In this document: positions 19,073 to 28,745 of the stretch, in pieces
Layout of the letters: every line of letters starts with the position of its first letter
Position numbering within the stretch: position 1 is the first letter of the stretch
NCBI GenBank assembly: GCA_963778655.1
Contig: CAVZVA010000009.1
Coordinates: 512,001-576,000 of the forward strand
Length of the DNA stretch: 64,000 nucleotides
Direction: 5' to 3'
From: an uncultured delta proteobacterium
Lineage (GTDB): Bacteria; Myxococcota_A; Polyangia; Polyangiales; JAFGIB01
The notes under the pieces: generated by a model
Seen by the model: only the letters and a program-made list of their open reading frames with translations
The model's database searches: none
What the model was told of the DNA's origin: nothing
Program-made: the position numbers and the translations under genes

Positions 19073-22000
19073 TCAGCACGCCGTTCCGCCGTCGGGCAGC
19101 GTGTCCGGCGCGTTGCAGCCGCACGCTCCGGGCGCGGTCTTGTCCGGGTCGGTCGGGCACTTGTCATTGCAGTCGGGCGTGCCGTCGCTGTCGCTGTCGG
19201 TCGTGCTGTCGGCGACGCCGCAGCCGCAGAGCCCGGGGTCGGTCTTGGCCATGTCGTTCGGGCAGCCGTCCATGCAGTTCGCCGTCCCGTCGCCGTCGGT
19301 GTCGGTATCGGCGACGCCGCAACCGCACACGCCGGGCGCGGTCTTGTCCGGGTCGTCGGGGCAGCCGTCGGGCCGCACCTCGCACACGAACGCGAGCGCG
19401 TCCGTACACGCGCGGGCGTCCCATGCGCCCCCTGAGATCGCGGCGCAGTGCGCGTTGCCGCCGGCGCCGCCGGGCTCTCCGGCCGCCCAGTTGGCATATC
19501 CGGTCGCCATCGCATTGGCCCAGAACTGCGTGCTGTCGTCGGCCCAGCGCCAGGTTCCGGCCGCGGCGCTGTCGCTGCCGCCGAGCCAGGCGTCGGCGCT
19601 CAGGTGCGACTGCACGAACGCGTTCTCGCCCGAATCCCCGATGTCGACCAGGTCGCCGAGCAGTTGCTGCCGGCAATGCGCCTGCGCGTCGCTCCAGCTG
19701 CGCGTGGCGGTGCAGAAGAAGTACTCGTGGCCGCCGTAGCTCTCGCGGGTGCAGCTGGGGTCCGGCAGGCACGGACCGAGACCGCCATTCGCGGGCGGGC
19801 TCACGTTGCGCTCGCAGCCGTTGGCGACGTCGCCGTCGCAATCGTCCCAGCCGCTGTCGCAGCTATCCACCGCGCAGGTTCCGCTGGAACACGAGGGGGT
19901 ACCATTGGTGACCGTGCACGGAACGCCGCAGTCGCCGCAGTCCACCAGCGAGGTGAGCGGCTCGCAGCCGTCGCTGGAATCCCCGTCGCAGTCCTTGAAG
20001 CCCTGATTGCAGCCGGTCAGCGTGCAGGTCCCGCTGCTGCAGTCGGCGCTGCCGTTGGCGCGGGCGCAGCTCACGCCACAACCGTGGCAATTGGTCTTGG
20101 TATCGAGCGGCGTCTCACAGCCCGCCGTGCTGTTGCAGTCGCCGTAGCCGTCGTCGCAGCTGTAGCCGCACACGCCGCTACCGCAGGTCGCGCCCGCGAC
20201 ATGGGGATCGGTCGTGCAATCGCGCCCGCACTGGCCGCAGCTCGCGGGGTTGCTGCGCACGTCGACCTCGCAACCGTTGGCAGCCGAGCCGTCGCAATCC
20301 TTGTAATAGGACTGACTGCAGCTTCCGATCGCACACTGATGGTTGCCGGCGCTGCCCGTGCAACTGGGCACCGCGTTCGGCAACATGCATGGCTGGCCGC
20401 AGGCCGTGCAATTGCTGGCCGTGCCGAGCTGGGTCTCGCAGCTCGTGCCGTCGTGGTCGCAATCGGCGCGGTCGGGCGCGCAGTGGTCGACACGGCAGCT
20501 GCCGCTCGCGCAGGTCGGGGTGGCGTTGGCGATTGCACAGCCCATGCCGCACTGCCCGCAATCGCTGAGCGTGGTTAGCGAGGTCTCGCAGCCGTCGCGG
20601 TAGTCGCCGTTGCAGTCGGCCCAACCCGAGTCGCACTGGGCCTCGCAGTGGCCGTCGCTGCAGGCGAGGGTAGGGCTCGCATGAGGCGTGCTGGTCGAGA
20701 GCTCGCAGCTCAGATCGCATGAGCCGCAGTGGTTGGGGTCGGTGAGCAGGTCGACCTCGCACGGCAGTCCGTCCTGGTTGCAGTCGGCGGTGTTGGGATC
20801 CGGGCAGACCACCGCCGAGCAGCGACCGCCGGAGCACACCGGGGCCGATGTTGCGGTGCAGTCGTTGCCGCAACCGCCACAGTGGGTATCGCTGTTGAGC
20901 CGGGTTTCGCAGCCGTCGCTCTCGAGGTCACCGTTGCAGTCGCCGTAGCCGGGGCGGCAACGCACGAATTCGCAGCGTCCGCTCGCGCAAGACATCACGG
21001 CGTTCGGGCGCGAGCACGCTGTGTCGCAACCGCCGCAGTGCGAGTTGGTCCTGGTCGACGTCTCGCAGCCGGTTTCGACGTCGTGGTCGCAATCCGCGAA
21101 GCCGGATGCGCAGGTGGCGTCGCACTGGCCGCCCTCGCAGCTCGCGCTTGCGACATTGGGCAGGGTGTCGTCGCAGACGTGGCCGCAGGCGCCGCAGCTG
21201 GGACTGTGGTCGAGCGACTCGCAGCCGTTGCTGGGGTCGCCGTCGCAGTCGTCGTAGCCGGGCTCGCAGCTTTGCGCCAGACACACTCCGCTGCTGCAGT
21301 CGTCGACCGAGCCGGCGAAATCGCAGGCCTGGCCGCACGCGCCGCAGTCGTCGACCGTCATCAGGGATTGCTCGCAGCCGTCGTCCGGCGTGCGGTTGCA
21401 GTCGCCGTAGTCGGTGAAGCAGGTGCCGACCCCGCAGGAGCCGAGCTCGCAGCTGGCCGTACCGTTGGCCACGTCGGCGTCGCTGCAGTGAAGGCCGCAA
21501 CCTGCGCAGTTGTCGAGGCTGGTGGTCGAGGTCTCGCAGTCGTTCGGGTTGTCGTCGCAGTCCGCGAACGAATCCTGGCAGCCCGTCGGCACGCACTGAC
21601 CGTCGACGCAGGCCGAGATCGCGTGCGGCAGCGCGCAGTGGTTTCCGCAGGTGCCGCAATTGTCGGGATCGTCGGGTCGCACCTCGCAGCCGGTAGCCGG
21701 ATCGTGGTCGCAGTCGCGATAGCCGTCCTCACACTCGACGATCAAGCAACCTCCACGGCTGCACGCCGCCACCGCGTGCTCGAGCACGCAACTGGCGTCC
21801 AGCTCCTCATCGACCATGCCGTCGCAATCGTCATCCTCGCCGTTGCAGACTTCCGGGCAGATGGTGGGACAGGATGCGTTCTCCTTATCAGGGTTCGGTA
21901 CACAGGGACTCGCGGTGGCGTCGACGCCCGAGCTCGCGGCTGCGCCGAAGCCCACGCGACGATCGGGCGTGGCGTTGCCGGTAGCCGCTGCGGCGTCGCC

Positions 22001-22174
22001 CGGCACGGCGGCGTCCCGCAGGTACGCGCGATCGCCGACCGCTGCGCTGGCTTCCGTGTTGCCCCCGTCGGAAGGCGGCGATCGCCGGAGCGCGCCGGCG
22101 TCGTAGGCGTTACAAGCGACGAGCCAGACGCAGGCGGCAACAACCTGCCACATATGAGGCGAACAACTGCCCAT
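19073..22174 (-). CDS. Large Cys-rich surface lipoprotein (MopE-like and CD..GCE repeats, C-type lectin domain, thrombospondin type-3-like repeats)
   Basis: Lipobox LVAC; EVCNGEDDDCDGMVDE; many DCDxxxxxGCE..NCGxCG repeats; YFFC..WSDAQAHC..WLGG..W..C lectin; DGCPDDPDKTAPGVCGCG. Confidence 0.85.
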   Translation of the reverse strand: MGSCSPHMWQVVAACVWLVACNAYDAGALRRSPPSDGGNTEASAAVGDRAYLRDAAVPGDAAAATGNATPDRRVGFGAAASSGVDATASPCVPNPDKENASCPTICPEVCNGEDDDCDGMVDEELDASCVLEHAVAACSRGGCLIVECEDGYRDCDHDPATGCEVRPDDPDNCGTCGNHCALPHAISACVDGQCVPTGCQDSFADCDDNPNDCETSTTSLDNCAGCGLHCSDADVANGTASCELGSCGVGTCFTDYGDCNRTPDDGCEQSLMTVDDCGACGQACDFAGSVDDCSSGVCLAQSCEPGYDDCDGDPSNGCESLDHSPSCGACGHVCDDTLPNVASASCEGGQCDATCASGFADCDHDVETGCETSTRTNSHCGGCDTACSRPNAVMSCASGRCEFVRCRPGYGDCNGDLESDGCETRLNSDTHCGGCGNDCTATSAPVCSGGRCSAVVCPDPNTADCNQDGLPCEVDLLTDPNHCGSCDLSCELSTSTPHASPTLACSDGHCEAQCDSGWADCNGDYRDGCETSLTTLSDCGQCGMGCAIANATPTCASGSCRVDHCAPDRADCDHDGTSCETQLGTASNCTACGQPCMLPNAVPSCTGSAGNHQCAIGSCSQSYYKDCDGSAANGCEVDVRSNPASCGQCGRDCTTDPHVAGATCGSGVCGYSCDDGYGDCNSTAGCETPLDTKTNCHGCGVSCARANGSADCSSGTCTLTGCNQGFKDCDGDSSDGCEPLTSLVDCGDCGVPCTVTNGTPSCSSGTCAVDSCDSGWDDCDGDVANGCERNVSPPANGGLGPCLPDPSCTRESYGGHEYFFCTATRSWSDAQAHCRQQLLGDLVDIGDSGENAFVQSHLSADAWLGGSDSAAAGTWRWADDSTQFWANAMATGYANWAAGEPGGAGGNAHCAAISGGAWDARACTDALAFVCEVRPDGCPDDPDKTAPGVCGCGVADTDTDGDGTANCMDGCPNDMAKTDPGLCGCGVADSTTDSDSDGTPDCNDKCPTDPDKTAPGACGCNAPDTLPDGGTAC

Positions 22175-22646
22175 CGGAACCGCGCGCGAGTATGCGAGCG
22201 CCGGAGCAGTGGATCCACAAAGAGGATCCGAAAGCAACGCTCGATCGTGCCGTGTTTCGACATGATGACGTGCGTCGGTGTGTCGCCGCGTGACAACACG
22301 GAGGTTGTGCCACCAATGTCGGGGGCTCCAAACTGGGCAAAATGCAGGCATGCGTTCGTGGGTTCGCACGTGCTCGCGAGCAGCGCGCGATCGATCGATG
22401 ACGAATCCATGACCACTTCTCGGCGATGGCCAGCCCGCGACCGAGCGGCGGGCGGGGCGCACGCGTTGAAGGCGCTTTCATCTGCGCGGGCGCCGGCGAT
22501 TCACTTGGCCGCGGGTGCGCGCCGCTCGACTCCGCATCGCGGCGAACGACAGCCCGCGGTCGAGCTGGCAGCTCGCGGCCGCGGTGCACCGGCAGGTAGC
22601 GCAACCTCGCTTCGCGCGCGGCCTCGCTTTTTGCTATGTGAAGGCC

Positions 22647-23759
22647 ATGCCCAAGCACCTTTCCCCCGACCTGCCCGAGCGCGGCGACCGCGTGAGCACG
22701 GCGCTCGATGCGGTCTACAACTGGTCCTACGACAGCGAGATCGAGGAGCTACGCAACCTCTATATCAAGGGGCTGAACCTGCAGTGGATCGCCTCGCAGG
22801 ACCTCCCCTGGGAGCAGGAGATCGACCGCGAGGCGTTTGCGCAGACGTTCTCCATCGGCGGGCTGCCGATCCAGGAGACCGCGTTCTGGGCAGCGCTCGC
22901 GCCCGAGAAGCGCTGGGAGATCGCGCGGCGCGGGGCCGCCTTCACGCTGTCGAACTTCCTGCACGGCGAGCAGGGTGCGCTGATGGTGGCCTCGCAGCTG
23001 GTGAACGCGGTGCCGCACATGGACGGCAAGTTCTATGCGGCCACGCAGACGCTGGACGAGGCCCGTCACGTCGAGGTGTTCGCGCGCTACATCGAAAAGC
23101 TCGACCATATCTACCCGATCGCGCCTTCGCTGAAGGAGCTTCTCGACAAGACGCTGATGGTCGAGGGCTGGATGCTCAAGGCGGTGGGCATGCAGGTCGT
23201 GGTCGAGGGGCTGGCGCTGTACAGCTTTCGCGACATGCGCGAGACCACGCGCGAGCCGCTGCTCAAGCAGCTCCTGACCTACGTCTCGCGTGACGAGGCA
23301 CGCCACACCGCGTTCGGGATCAAGTACCTGAGCAGCGTGGTGCCCGAGCTCGAGCCCGCGCGCGTGGCGGAGCTGGAGGACTTCGCGTTCGAGGCCACGC
23401 GCATGCTGCTCGACTCGCGTCGCGGCGCCACGCTCAACAGCGCCTTCTTGCAGATGCTGGCCGACGCCGGGGTCGACCCGGAGGAGCTGGCCAAGGGGCT
23501 GCAGCGTGATCAAGACAAGCTGGCGCAGGCGGTGGCCCGGCGCGGCGGGCGGCTCGGGCCGATCAGCGGCTTCGTGGTGCCGACGCTGCGCCGGATCGGG
23601 CTGCTCAGCGAGCGCATCAGCGGTCACTTCCGGGAGATGTTCGACGCCATGCGCATCTCGCTGCCGCCGCCCGCGATGGGCGGGGCGCCGCTCAATCCGC
23701 TCGATGCGCTGGTCGAGCTGCCCGAGGATCTCGACGCCTGGGTCAGCGGGCGCGCCTGA
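22647..23759 (+). CDS. Ferritin-like diiron protein (AurF/N-oxygenase-like family)
   Basis: LHGEQGAL, DEARHVE, VEGLA, DEARHTAFG: two ExxH diiron motifs. Confidence 0.8.
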   Translation: MPKHLSPDLPERGDRVSTALDAVYNWSYDSEIEELRNLYIKGLNLQWIASQDLPWEQEIDREAFAQTFSIGGLPIQETAFWAALAPEKRWEIARRGAAFTLSNFLHGEQGALMVASQLVNAVPHMDGKFYAATQTLDEARHVEVFARYIEKLDHIYPIAPSLKELLDKTLMVEGWMLKAVGMQVVVEGLALYSFRDMRETTREPLLKQLLTYVSRDEARHTAFGIKYLSSVVPELEPARVAELEDFAFEATRMLLDSRRGATLNSAFLQMLADAGVDPEELAKGLQRDQDKLAQAVARRGGRLGPISGFVVPTLRRIGLLSERISGHFREMFDAMRISLPPPAMGGAPLNPLDALVELPEDLDAWVSGRA

Positions 23760-23894
23760 GCGCTCGCGCCGGCACGGCCGGGGCTCAGGCACCGAATTCT
23801 CCAGGCGTCACCTGGAGGCAGCCGTGGCCCTCGAGCATTGGTTGCCAACCCATAGAAAGGAATGGCTTTTGCGGGATCTGCCGGGCGCCGATCC

Positions 23895-23910
23895 GTATTC
23901 TCTAGAATAC
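23895..23910. promoter_or_regulatory. Perfect AT-rich palindrome, candidate operator
   Basis: GTATTCT-CT-AGAATAC about 30 bp upstream of the TIGR02147 gene. Confidence 0.45.
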
Positions 23911-23938
23911 GATATCAGAAGTAAGCGCGTGGTGCCGG

Positions 23939-24862
23939 GTGGCCGCCCATGTCAGCTTGCAACGCGTGAGCGCAGAGCCACCCGCGCGGCGACGCAGCCC
24001 GATCGACGTCTTCCGCTACCTCGACTACCGGGCGTTTCTTGCCGATCTCTACCAGGCCAAGAAGCAGCGGGGCTTTTCCTATCGCGCTTTCTCGCGCGCG
24101 GCGGGGCTTGGCGCGCCGAACTACTTGAAGCTGGTGATCGCGGGCCAGCGCAACCTGACCAAGCCGATGGCCAAGCGCTTTGCCGGCGCCTGCGGGCTGC
24201 AAGGCGAAGCGGCCGAGTACTTCGAGCGGCTGGTGGAGTTCAACCAGGCCAGCACGGCGGCCAAGCGCAACGCCAGCTACGAGCAGCTCGGCGCGTTTCG
24301 GCGCTACCGCCAGGCGCAGAAGATCGAGCTCGCGCAGGCGGCCTATCACTCCCGCTGGTACTTGCCCGCCATCCGCGAGCTGTGCGCGAGCCCGGACTTT
24401 CGCGAGGACCCGGAGTGGCTCGCGAAAGTGCTGCTCCCGCCGATCAAGCCCAGTGAGGCCAGGCAGGCGCTCGACCAGTTGCTCGAGCTCGGCCTGCTCG
24501 AACGCGATGCGCGCGGCCGGCTGCGGCAGCACAGCGCGGTGGTGTCGACCGGCCCCGAAACGCGCAACATGAACGTGCGCAACTACCACGCCGAGATGAT
24601 GCACCGGGCCACGCTTGCGATCGAGCTGGTGCCGGCCGCGGAGCGTGACATCTCGTCGCTGACGGTGTGCCTGGACGCCGACGGCCTGGCGCGGCTCAAG
24701 GCGCGCATCCAGGCGTTCCGGCGCGAGCTGATCGAGCTGTGCGAGAGCGAGCCCGGCCGCGCGCAGGTCGTGCAGGTGAATTTTCAGCTGTTTCCCCTGT
24801 CCCTTCGGATTTCGCCGCCTCGGCGCGGCAGGAAAGCTGCCTCGGAGGACCCCCATGCGTGA
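23939..24862 (+). CDS. TIGR02147 family protein (HTH + DUF4423-like)
   Basis: VFRYLDYRAFL, FSYRAFSRAAG, WYLPAIREL, ERDISSLT, QVNFQLFPLS. Confidence 0.85.
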   Translation: MAAHVSLQRVSAEPPARRRSPIDVFRYLDYRAFLADLYQAKKQRGFSYRAFSRAAGLGAPNYLKLVIAGQRNLTKPMAKRFAGACGLQGEAAEYFERLVEFNQASTAAKRNASYEQLGAFRRYRQAQKIELAQAAYHSRWYLPAIRELCASPDFREDPEWLAKVLLPPIKPSEARQALDQLLELGLLERDARGRLRQHSAVVSTGPETRNMNVRNYHAEMMHRATLAIELVPAAERDISSLTVCLDADGLARLKARIQAFRRELIELCESEPGRAQVVQVNFQLFPLSLRISPPRRGRKAASEDPHA

Positions 24863-26096
24863 CGTGCTGCGACCGACCATTCGCGTTCTGCTTGCAAGCT
24901 TGTGGTACGCGCTGTGCTGCGCGGCGCTGCCGGGATGCTTCGCATCGCACGGGGGCCCCAAGGACAGCACCGAGACCGGCAATCCGCCGGCGATTGACAG
25001 CAAGCTGCTGTCGCTCGAGGTCAGCGCCGACGAGGTGCACATCGTCGGCGAGAAGGGCGCGGCCAGCCCCGGCGGCAGCACGATCGAGATCACCAACCTG
25101 GCGACCGGCGCGGTGACCAAGGCAAAGAGCGCGGCCGACGGCTCGTTCGACGTGCAGGTCGACGGCTCGCCCGACGAGGCGTTCTCGCTCACCGTGAGCT
25201 CTGGCGGCGCGAGCAGCACGCCGGTCTACGTGGTGCGCGGCGATGCGGTCGTCGGCAGCGGCAGCGACGGCTCGCTGTCGTGTGCGCAGCGCGAACAGCT
25301 GGCGGGCGCGGAGCTGCAGCTTGCGGTGACGAACGCGGACAAGGCGTGCATGGTCGATGCCGATTGCCAGGTCGTGCTCCAGGACATCCACTGCAACACC
25401 AACGCACTCTGTGGGTCCGCAGTCGTGTCCCAGGCAGGGCAACGCGCGATTGCCGCCACCACCGCGGCCATCAACATGGCCCTGTGCAACGGGGAAGGGG
25501 GCTGCACGGCCGTGGCCGCGTCATGCGCGCTCGCTCAGCCGGTGGCAGTCTGCGCCGCCGGGCAATGTCAGGCGATAGGAGGCACACAGAATCCGAGCTC
25601 GCTCTCCTGCGCGGAGCGCGAGCAGATGGCCGGCGACCAGATCGCAGCGGCGATCGCCGCGGCCGACAACAGCTGCACGGCCGACGCCGATTGCGTCGCG
25701 GCCGCGGCGCAGACGGCTTGCCACGACTCGTGCGGACCCGTGGTCACCTCGCAGGCGGGCGCGGCCGCCATCGCGGCCGCCGTCGATCGCATCAACAATG
25801 ACGTATGCGGCAAGTTTTCCGGCGACGGCTGCATCTACACGGTGCTGCCGTGCATGCCGCCCCTGGCCGGCACTCCCGCCTGCATGAGCGGACGGTGCGC
25901 ACTTGCGCAGCCCGGCGCGTGCCCGCCCGACCGCAAGCTGGCCACGATCTGCACCATGTGCGGGCCGGCTGGGGGCTGCGCTTCGACCGTGCAGACCTGC
26001 GCCAAGGTGTGCGGCACCAACGGCGACTGCGCGGGCGACAGCAACGGGCAGTTCTGCAGCGCGCAGCAGGTCTGCGAGCAGGGCGGCTGCATCTGA
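24855..26096 (+). CDS. Cys-rich lipoprotein with internal duplication
   Basis: Lipobox LPGC, STETGNP; two copies of SLSCAxREQxAG..AD..CxxDADC; 8-nt overlap with upstream gene. Confidence 0.8.
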   Translation: MRDVLRPTIRVLLASLWYALCCAALPGCFASHGGPKDSTETGNPPAIDSKLLSLEVSADEVHIVGEKGAASPGGSTIEITNLATGAVTKAKSAADGSFDVQVDGSPDEAFSLTVSSGGASSTPVYVVRGDAVVGSGSDGSLSCAQREQLAGAELQLAVTNADKACMVDADCQVVLQDIHCNTNALCGSAVVSQAGQRAIAATTAAINMALCNGEGGCTAVAASCALAQPVAVCAAGQCQAIGGTQNPSSLSCAEREQMAGDQIAAAIAAADNSCTADADCVAAAAQTACHDSCGPVVTSQAGAAAIAAAVDRINNDVCGKFSGDGCIYTVLPCMPPLAGTPACMSGRCALAQPGACPPDRKLATICTMCGPAGGCASTVQTCAKVCGTNGDCAGDSNGQFCSAQQVCEQGGCI

Positions 26097-26301
26097 CCGG
26101 TAGTGGCGCGAGCCGTCGCCCATCGCCCGGATGCGGTTCAGGGCAACTTCCGGGCGGTTCGGGGCTGCAGCGCAGCGCCGGCTTGACGCCTGTGCGGCCG
26201 TGACCGAGAGTACTTGCGTCTTGCGGCCGCCGTTGCGCGGAGCGCTCGACCGCCTGCGCTTGGCCGCTACCAACGTCGCAACCACCCGGGCACCCCCGAC
26301 C

Positions 26302-27516
26302 GTGAGCAGCAACGAGATCGAGATCGCGCCGAGCGGCGTCGACTTCCGGCCCCTGCACGAGCGCATGCAGTGGTACGTCGACCAGGGCATTCTCCCCTGT
26401 TGCAGCACGCTGGTGATGAAGGGCACGGAGGTGATCGACTTCCGCGCCTTCGGCTACCTCGATCTCGAGAGCCGGCGGCCGCTCGGGCCGGACTCGATCT
26501 ACCGCATGTACTCCAACACCAAGCTCGTGACCTCGGTCGCGGCCATGATGTTGTTCGAGGCCGGCCGCTTCGGCCTGGACGATCCGCTTTCCGAGTACCT
26601 GCCCGCCTTCGCGCGGCCGCGCGTGCTGAAGCCCGATGCGCAGAGCATCGACGAGGTGGTGGAGGCGGTCGAGCCCATGCGCATGCGGCACGTGCTCAGC
26701 CACAGCGCGGGGCTGTCCTACGGCTTCCTCGAGCCGACCTCGGTCATCGACAGGGCCTACATCGCCGCCGGGCTGGGCGGCGCGCTCTCTTCCGGGACGC
26801 TCGAATCGCTATGCGGCACGCTCGCCAGCTTGCCGCTCGCCTATCAGCCCGGCAGCAGCTGGCGCTACAGCTTTTCGACCGACGTGGTGGCGCGCGTGAT
26901 CGAGGTGCTGTCGGGGCTGCGCTTCGACGCCTTCCTCGAGCGCAATGTGTTCGAGCCGCTGGCCATGCGGGACACGGCGTTCTGGGTTCCGGAGGACAAG
27001 CGCGAACGCTTCACCACCATGTACGCGCCGCTCAACTTTGTCGACCCGATGCGAGGCGGCCTGAGCAAGGCGGACGATGCGCGCAATGGTCTGTTCACCA
27101 AGCCGCCGTCGTTGCTCTCGGGCGGAGGCGGGCTGGTGTCCACGGTGCCCGACTACCTGAGCTTCCTGCGCGCGATCGTGTCCGGTGGAAGCTGGAACGG
27201 TGCGCGCTTGCTCAAGCCCGAGACGCTCGGGCTGATGCGCACGAACCAGCTGGCTCCGAACGTGGGCGTGAAGCTCGCGTTCTGGCCGATGCCGAAGACG
27301 GTGTTCGGGCTCGGGTTTGCGCTCAAGACCGAGCCGGTCGGCGATGAGCCCGCCAGCGTGATCGGCGAGTATCATTGGGGCGGAATGGCCGGTACCCATT
27401 CCTGGATGGCGCCCCGGGTCGGCCTCACCGGGATGTGTCTGACCCAGCTCATGCCGGGCTTCTGGCATCCGTTCAGCCACGACTTCAAGCAGCTCGCCTA
27501 CGCGCTTGCAGGTTGA
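26302..27516 (+). CDS. Serine hydrolase, beta-lactamase/EstB-like family
   Basis: YSNTK (SxxK), WRYS, LLSGGGGL, WGGMAGT. Confidence 0.88.
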   Translation: MSSNEIEIAPSGVDFRPLHERMQWYVDQGILPCCSTLVMKGTEVIDFRAFGYLDLESRRPLGPDSIYRMYSNTKLVTSVAAMMLFEAGRFGLDDPLSEYLPAFARPRVLKPDAQSIDEVVEAVEPMRMRHVLSHSAGLSYGFLEPTSVIDRAYIAAGLGGALSSGTLESLCGTLASLPLAYQPGSSWRYSFSTDVVARVIEVLSGLRFDAFLERNVFEPLAMRDTAFWVPEDKRERFTTMYAPLNFVDPMRGGLSKADDARNGLFTKPPSLLSGGGGLVSTVPDYLSFLRAIVSGGSWNGARLLKPETLGLMRTNQLAPNVGVKLAFWPMPKTVFGLGFALKTEPVGDEPASVIGEYHWGGMAGTHSWMAPRVGLTGMCLTQLMPGFWHPFSHDFKQLAYALAG

Positions 27517-27542
27517 GCCGGCGCCGCCGTCGTGCCGGCCGC

Positions 27543-28745
27543 TCAGGCGGGGCGGCCTTGCGTTTCTTGCACCAGGTTGTCCGCGCTCAGCTCCGAGAGC
27601 GCGGTGGTGCCTGTGAGCGCCATGGCGACGCGCATCTCCTCCCGGATGATGCTCAGCACGTGCGCGACGCCGGCCTCTCCGGCCGCCGCCACGGCATAGG
27701 TCCATGCGCGTCCGATCAGGCACGCCCTGGCCCCGAGCGCGAGCAGCTTGATCACGTCGAGGCCGCTGCGCGCTCCGCCGTCGACCAGAACCTCCAGCCG
27801 ATCGCCGACGCTCTCACAGATCGGCGCCAGCGCCGTCGCGGTCGCGCTCACGGAGTCGAGTTGCCGCCCGCCGTGATTGGAGACCACGATCGCGTCGGCT
27901 CCTGCGTCCGCGGCGCGGCGCGCGTCGTCCACGTCGAGGATGCCCTTGAGCGCGAGCTTGCCGGGCCAGTGCGCGCGCACCCACGCGAGGTCTTGCCAGC
28001 TCACGCTCGGATCCCACTGGCTGTCGACCCAGGCCTTGAACTTGCCCGGCGTACGCGCGCCCGGCACCGCAGCTTCCAGATTGCCGAAGGTCAGCGGCCG
28101 GCCCCCGAGCGCGACGTCGCGCACCCAGCGCGGTCGAGACAGCAGATCCCAAAGCACCCGCAGCCGCTTGCCCGGCGGCAATGCAACTCCGACGCCGTTG
28201 CGCGCATCGCGGTAACGCGCCCCGACCACCGCGAGATCCACCGTGAGCAGCAGCACCCGACAGCCGGCCTCGCGGGCGCGCGCCATCAGCGCTTCGGCGT
28301 AGCCGCGATCGCGCATCACGTAGAGTTGGAACCACGGCGGTGTGCGGGTCGCGGCGCGCACTTCCTCGAGCGAGCAAATCGAAACCGTGGACTCGCAGAA
28401 GGGCACGCCGGCCTGCTCGGCCGCGCGCGCGGCCTGGACCTCGGCGCGGCGCGCAAACATCCCCGCCAGGCCAACCGGCGCCAGGATCACCGGCAGCGCG
28501 AGCGACTCCCCGAGCACCCGTACGCTGAGATCGATGCTCGAGACGTCGCGCAGCACGCGCTGGCGCAGGGTCAGGCGCCGCAGCGCGTCGAGGTTCTCGC
28601 GCATGCTGTGCTCGGCGTAGGCTCCGCCGTCGATGTAGTCGAAGAGCTGGCGCGGCAACCGCCGACGCGCGAGCTCGCGATAGTCCATCACGCTCGCGGG
28701 AGCGAGACCGAGCGATCGATCGCGGGGTAGGGTGATCTCGGTCAT
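27543..28745 (-). CDS. lldD: FMN-dependent L-lactate dehydrogenase
   Basis: FDYIDGGA, LAPVGLAG, WFQLY, LTVD, SNHGGRQLD, DGGARSGLD. Confidence 0.85.
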   Translation of the reverse strand: MTEITLPRDRSLGLAPASVMDYRELARRRLPRQLFDYIDGGAYAEHSMRENLDALRRLTLRQRVLRDVSSIDLSVRVLGESLALPVILAPVGLAGMFARRAEVQAARAAEQAGVPFCESTVSICSLEEVRAATRTPPWFQLYVMRDRGYAEALMARAREAGCRVLLLTVDLAVVGARYRDARNGVGVALPPGKRLRVLWDLLSRPRWVRDVALGGRPLTFGNLEAAVPGARTPGKFKAWVDSQWDPSVSWQDLAWVRAHWPGKLALKGILDVDDARRAADAGADAIVVSNHGGRQLDSVSATATALAPICESVGDRLEVLVDGGARSGLDVIKLLALGARACLIGRAWTYAVAAAGEAGVAHVLSIIREEMRVAMALTGTTALSELSADNLVQETQGRPA

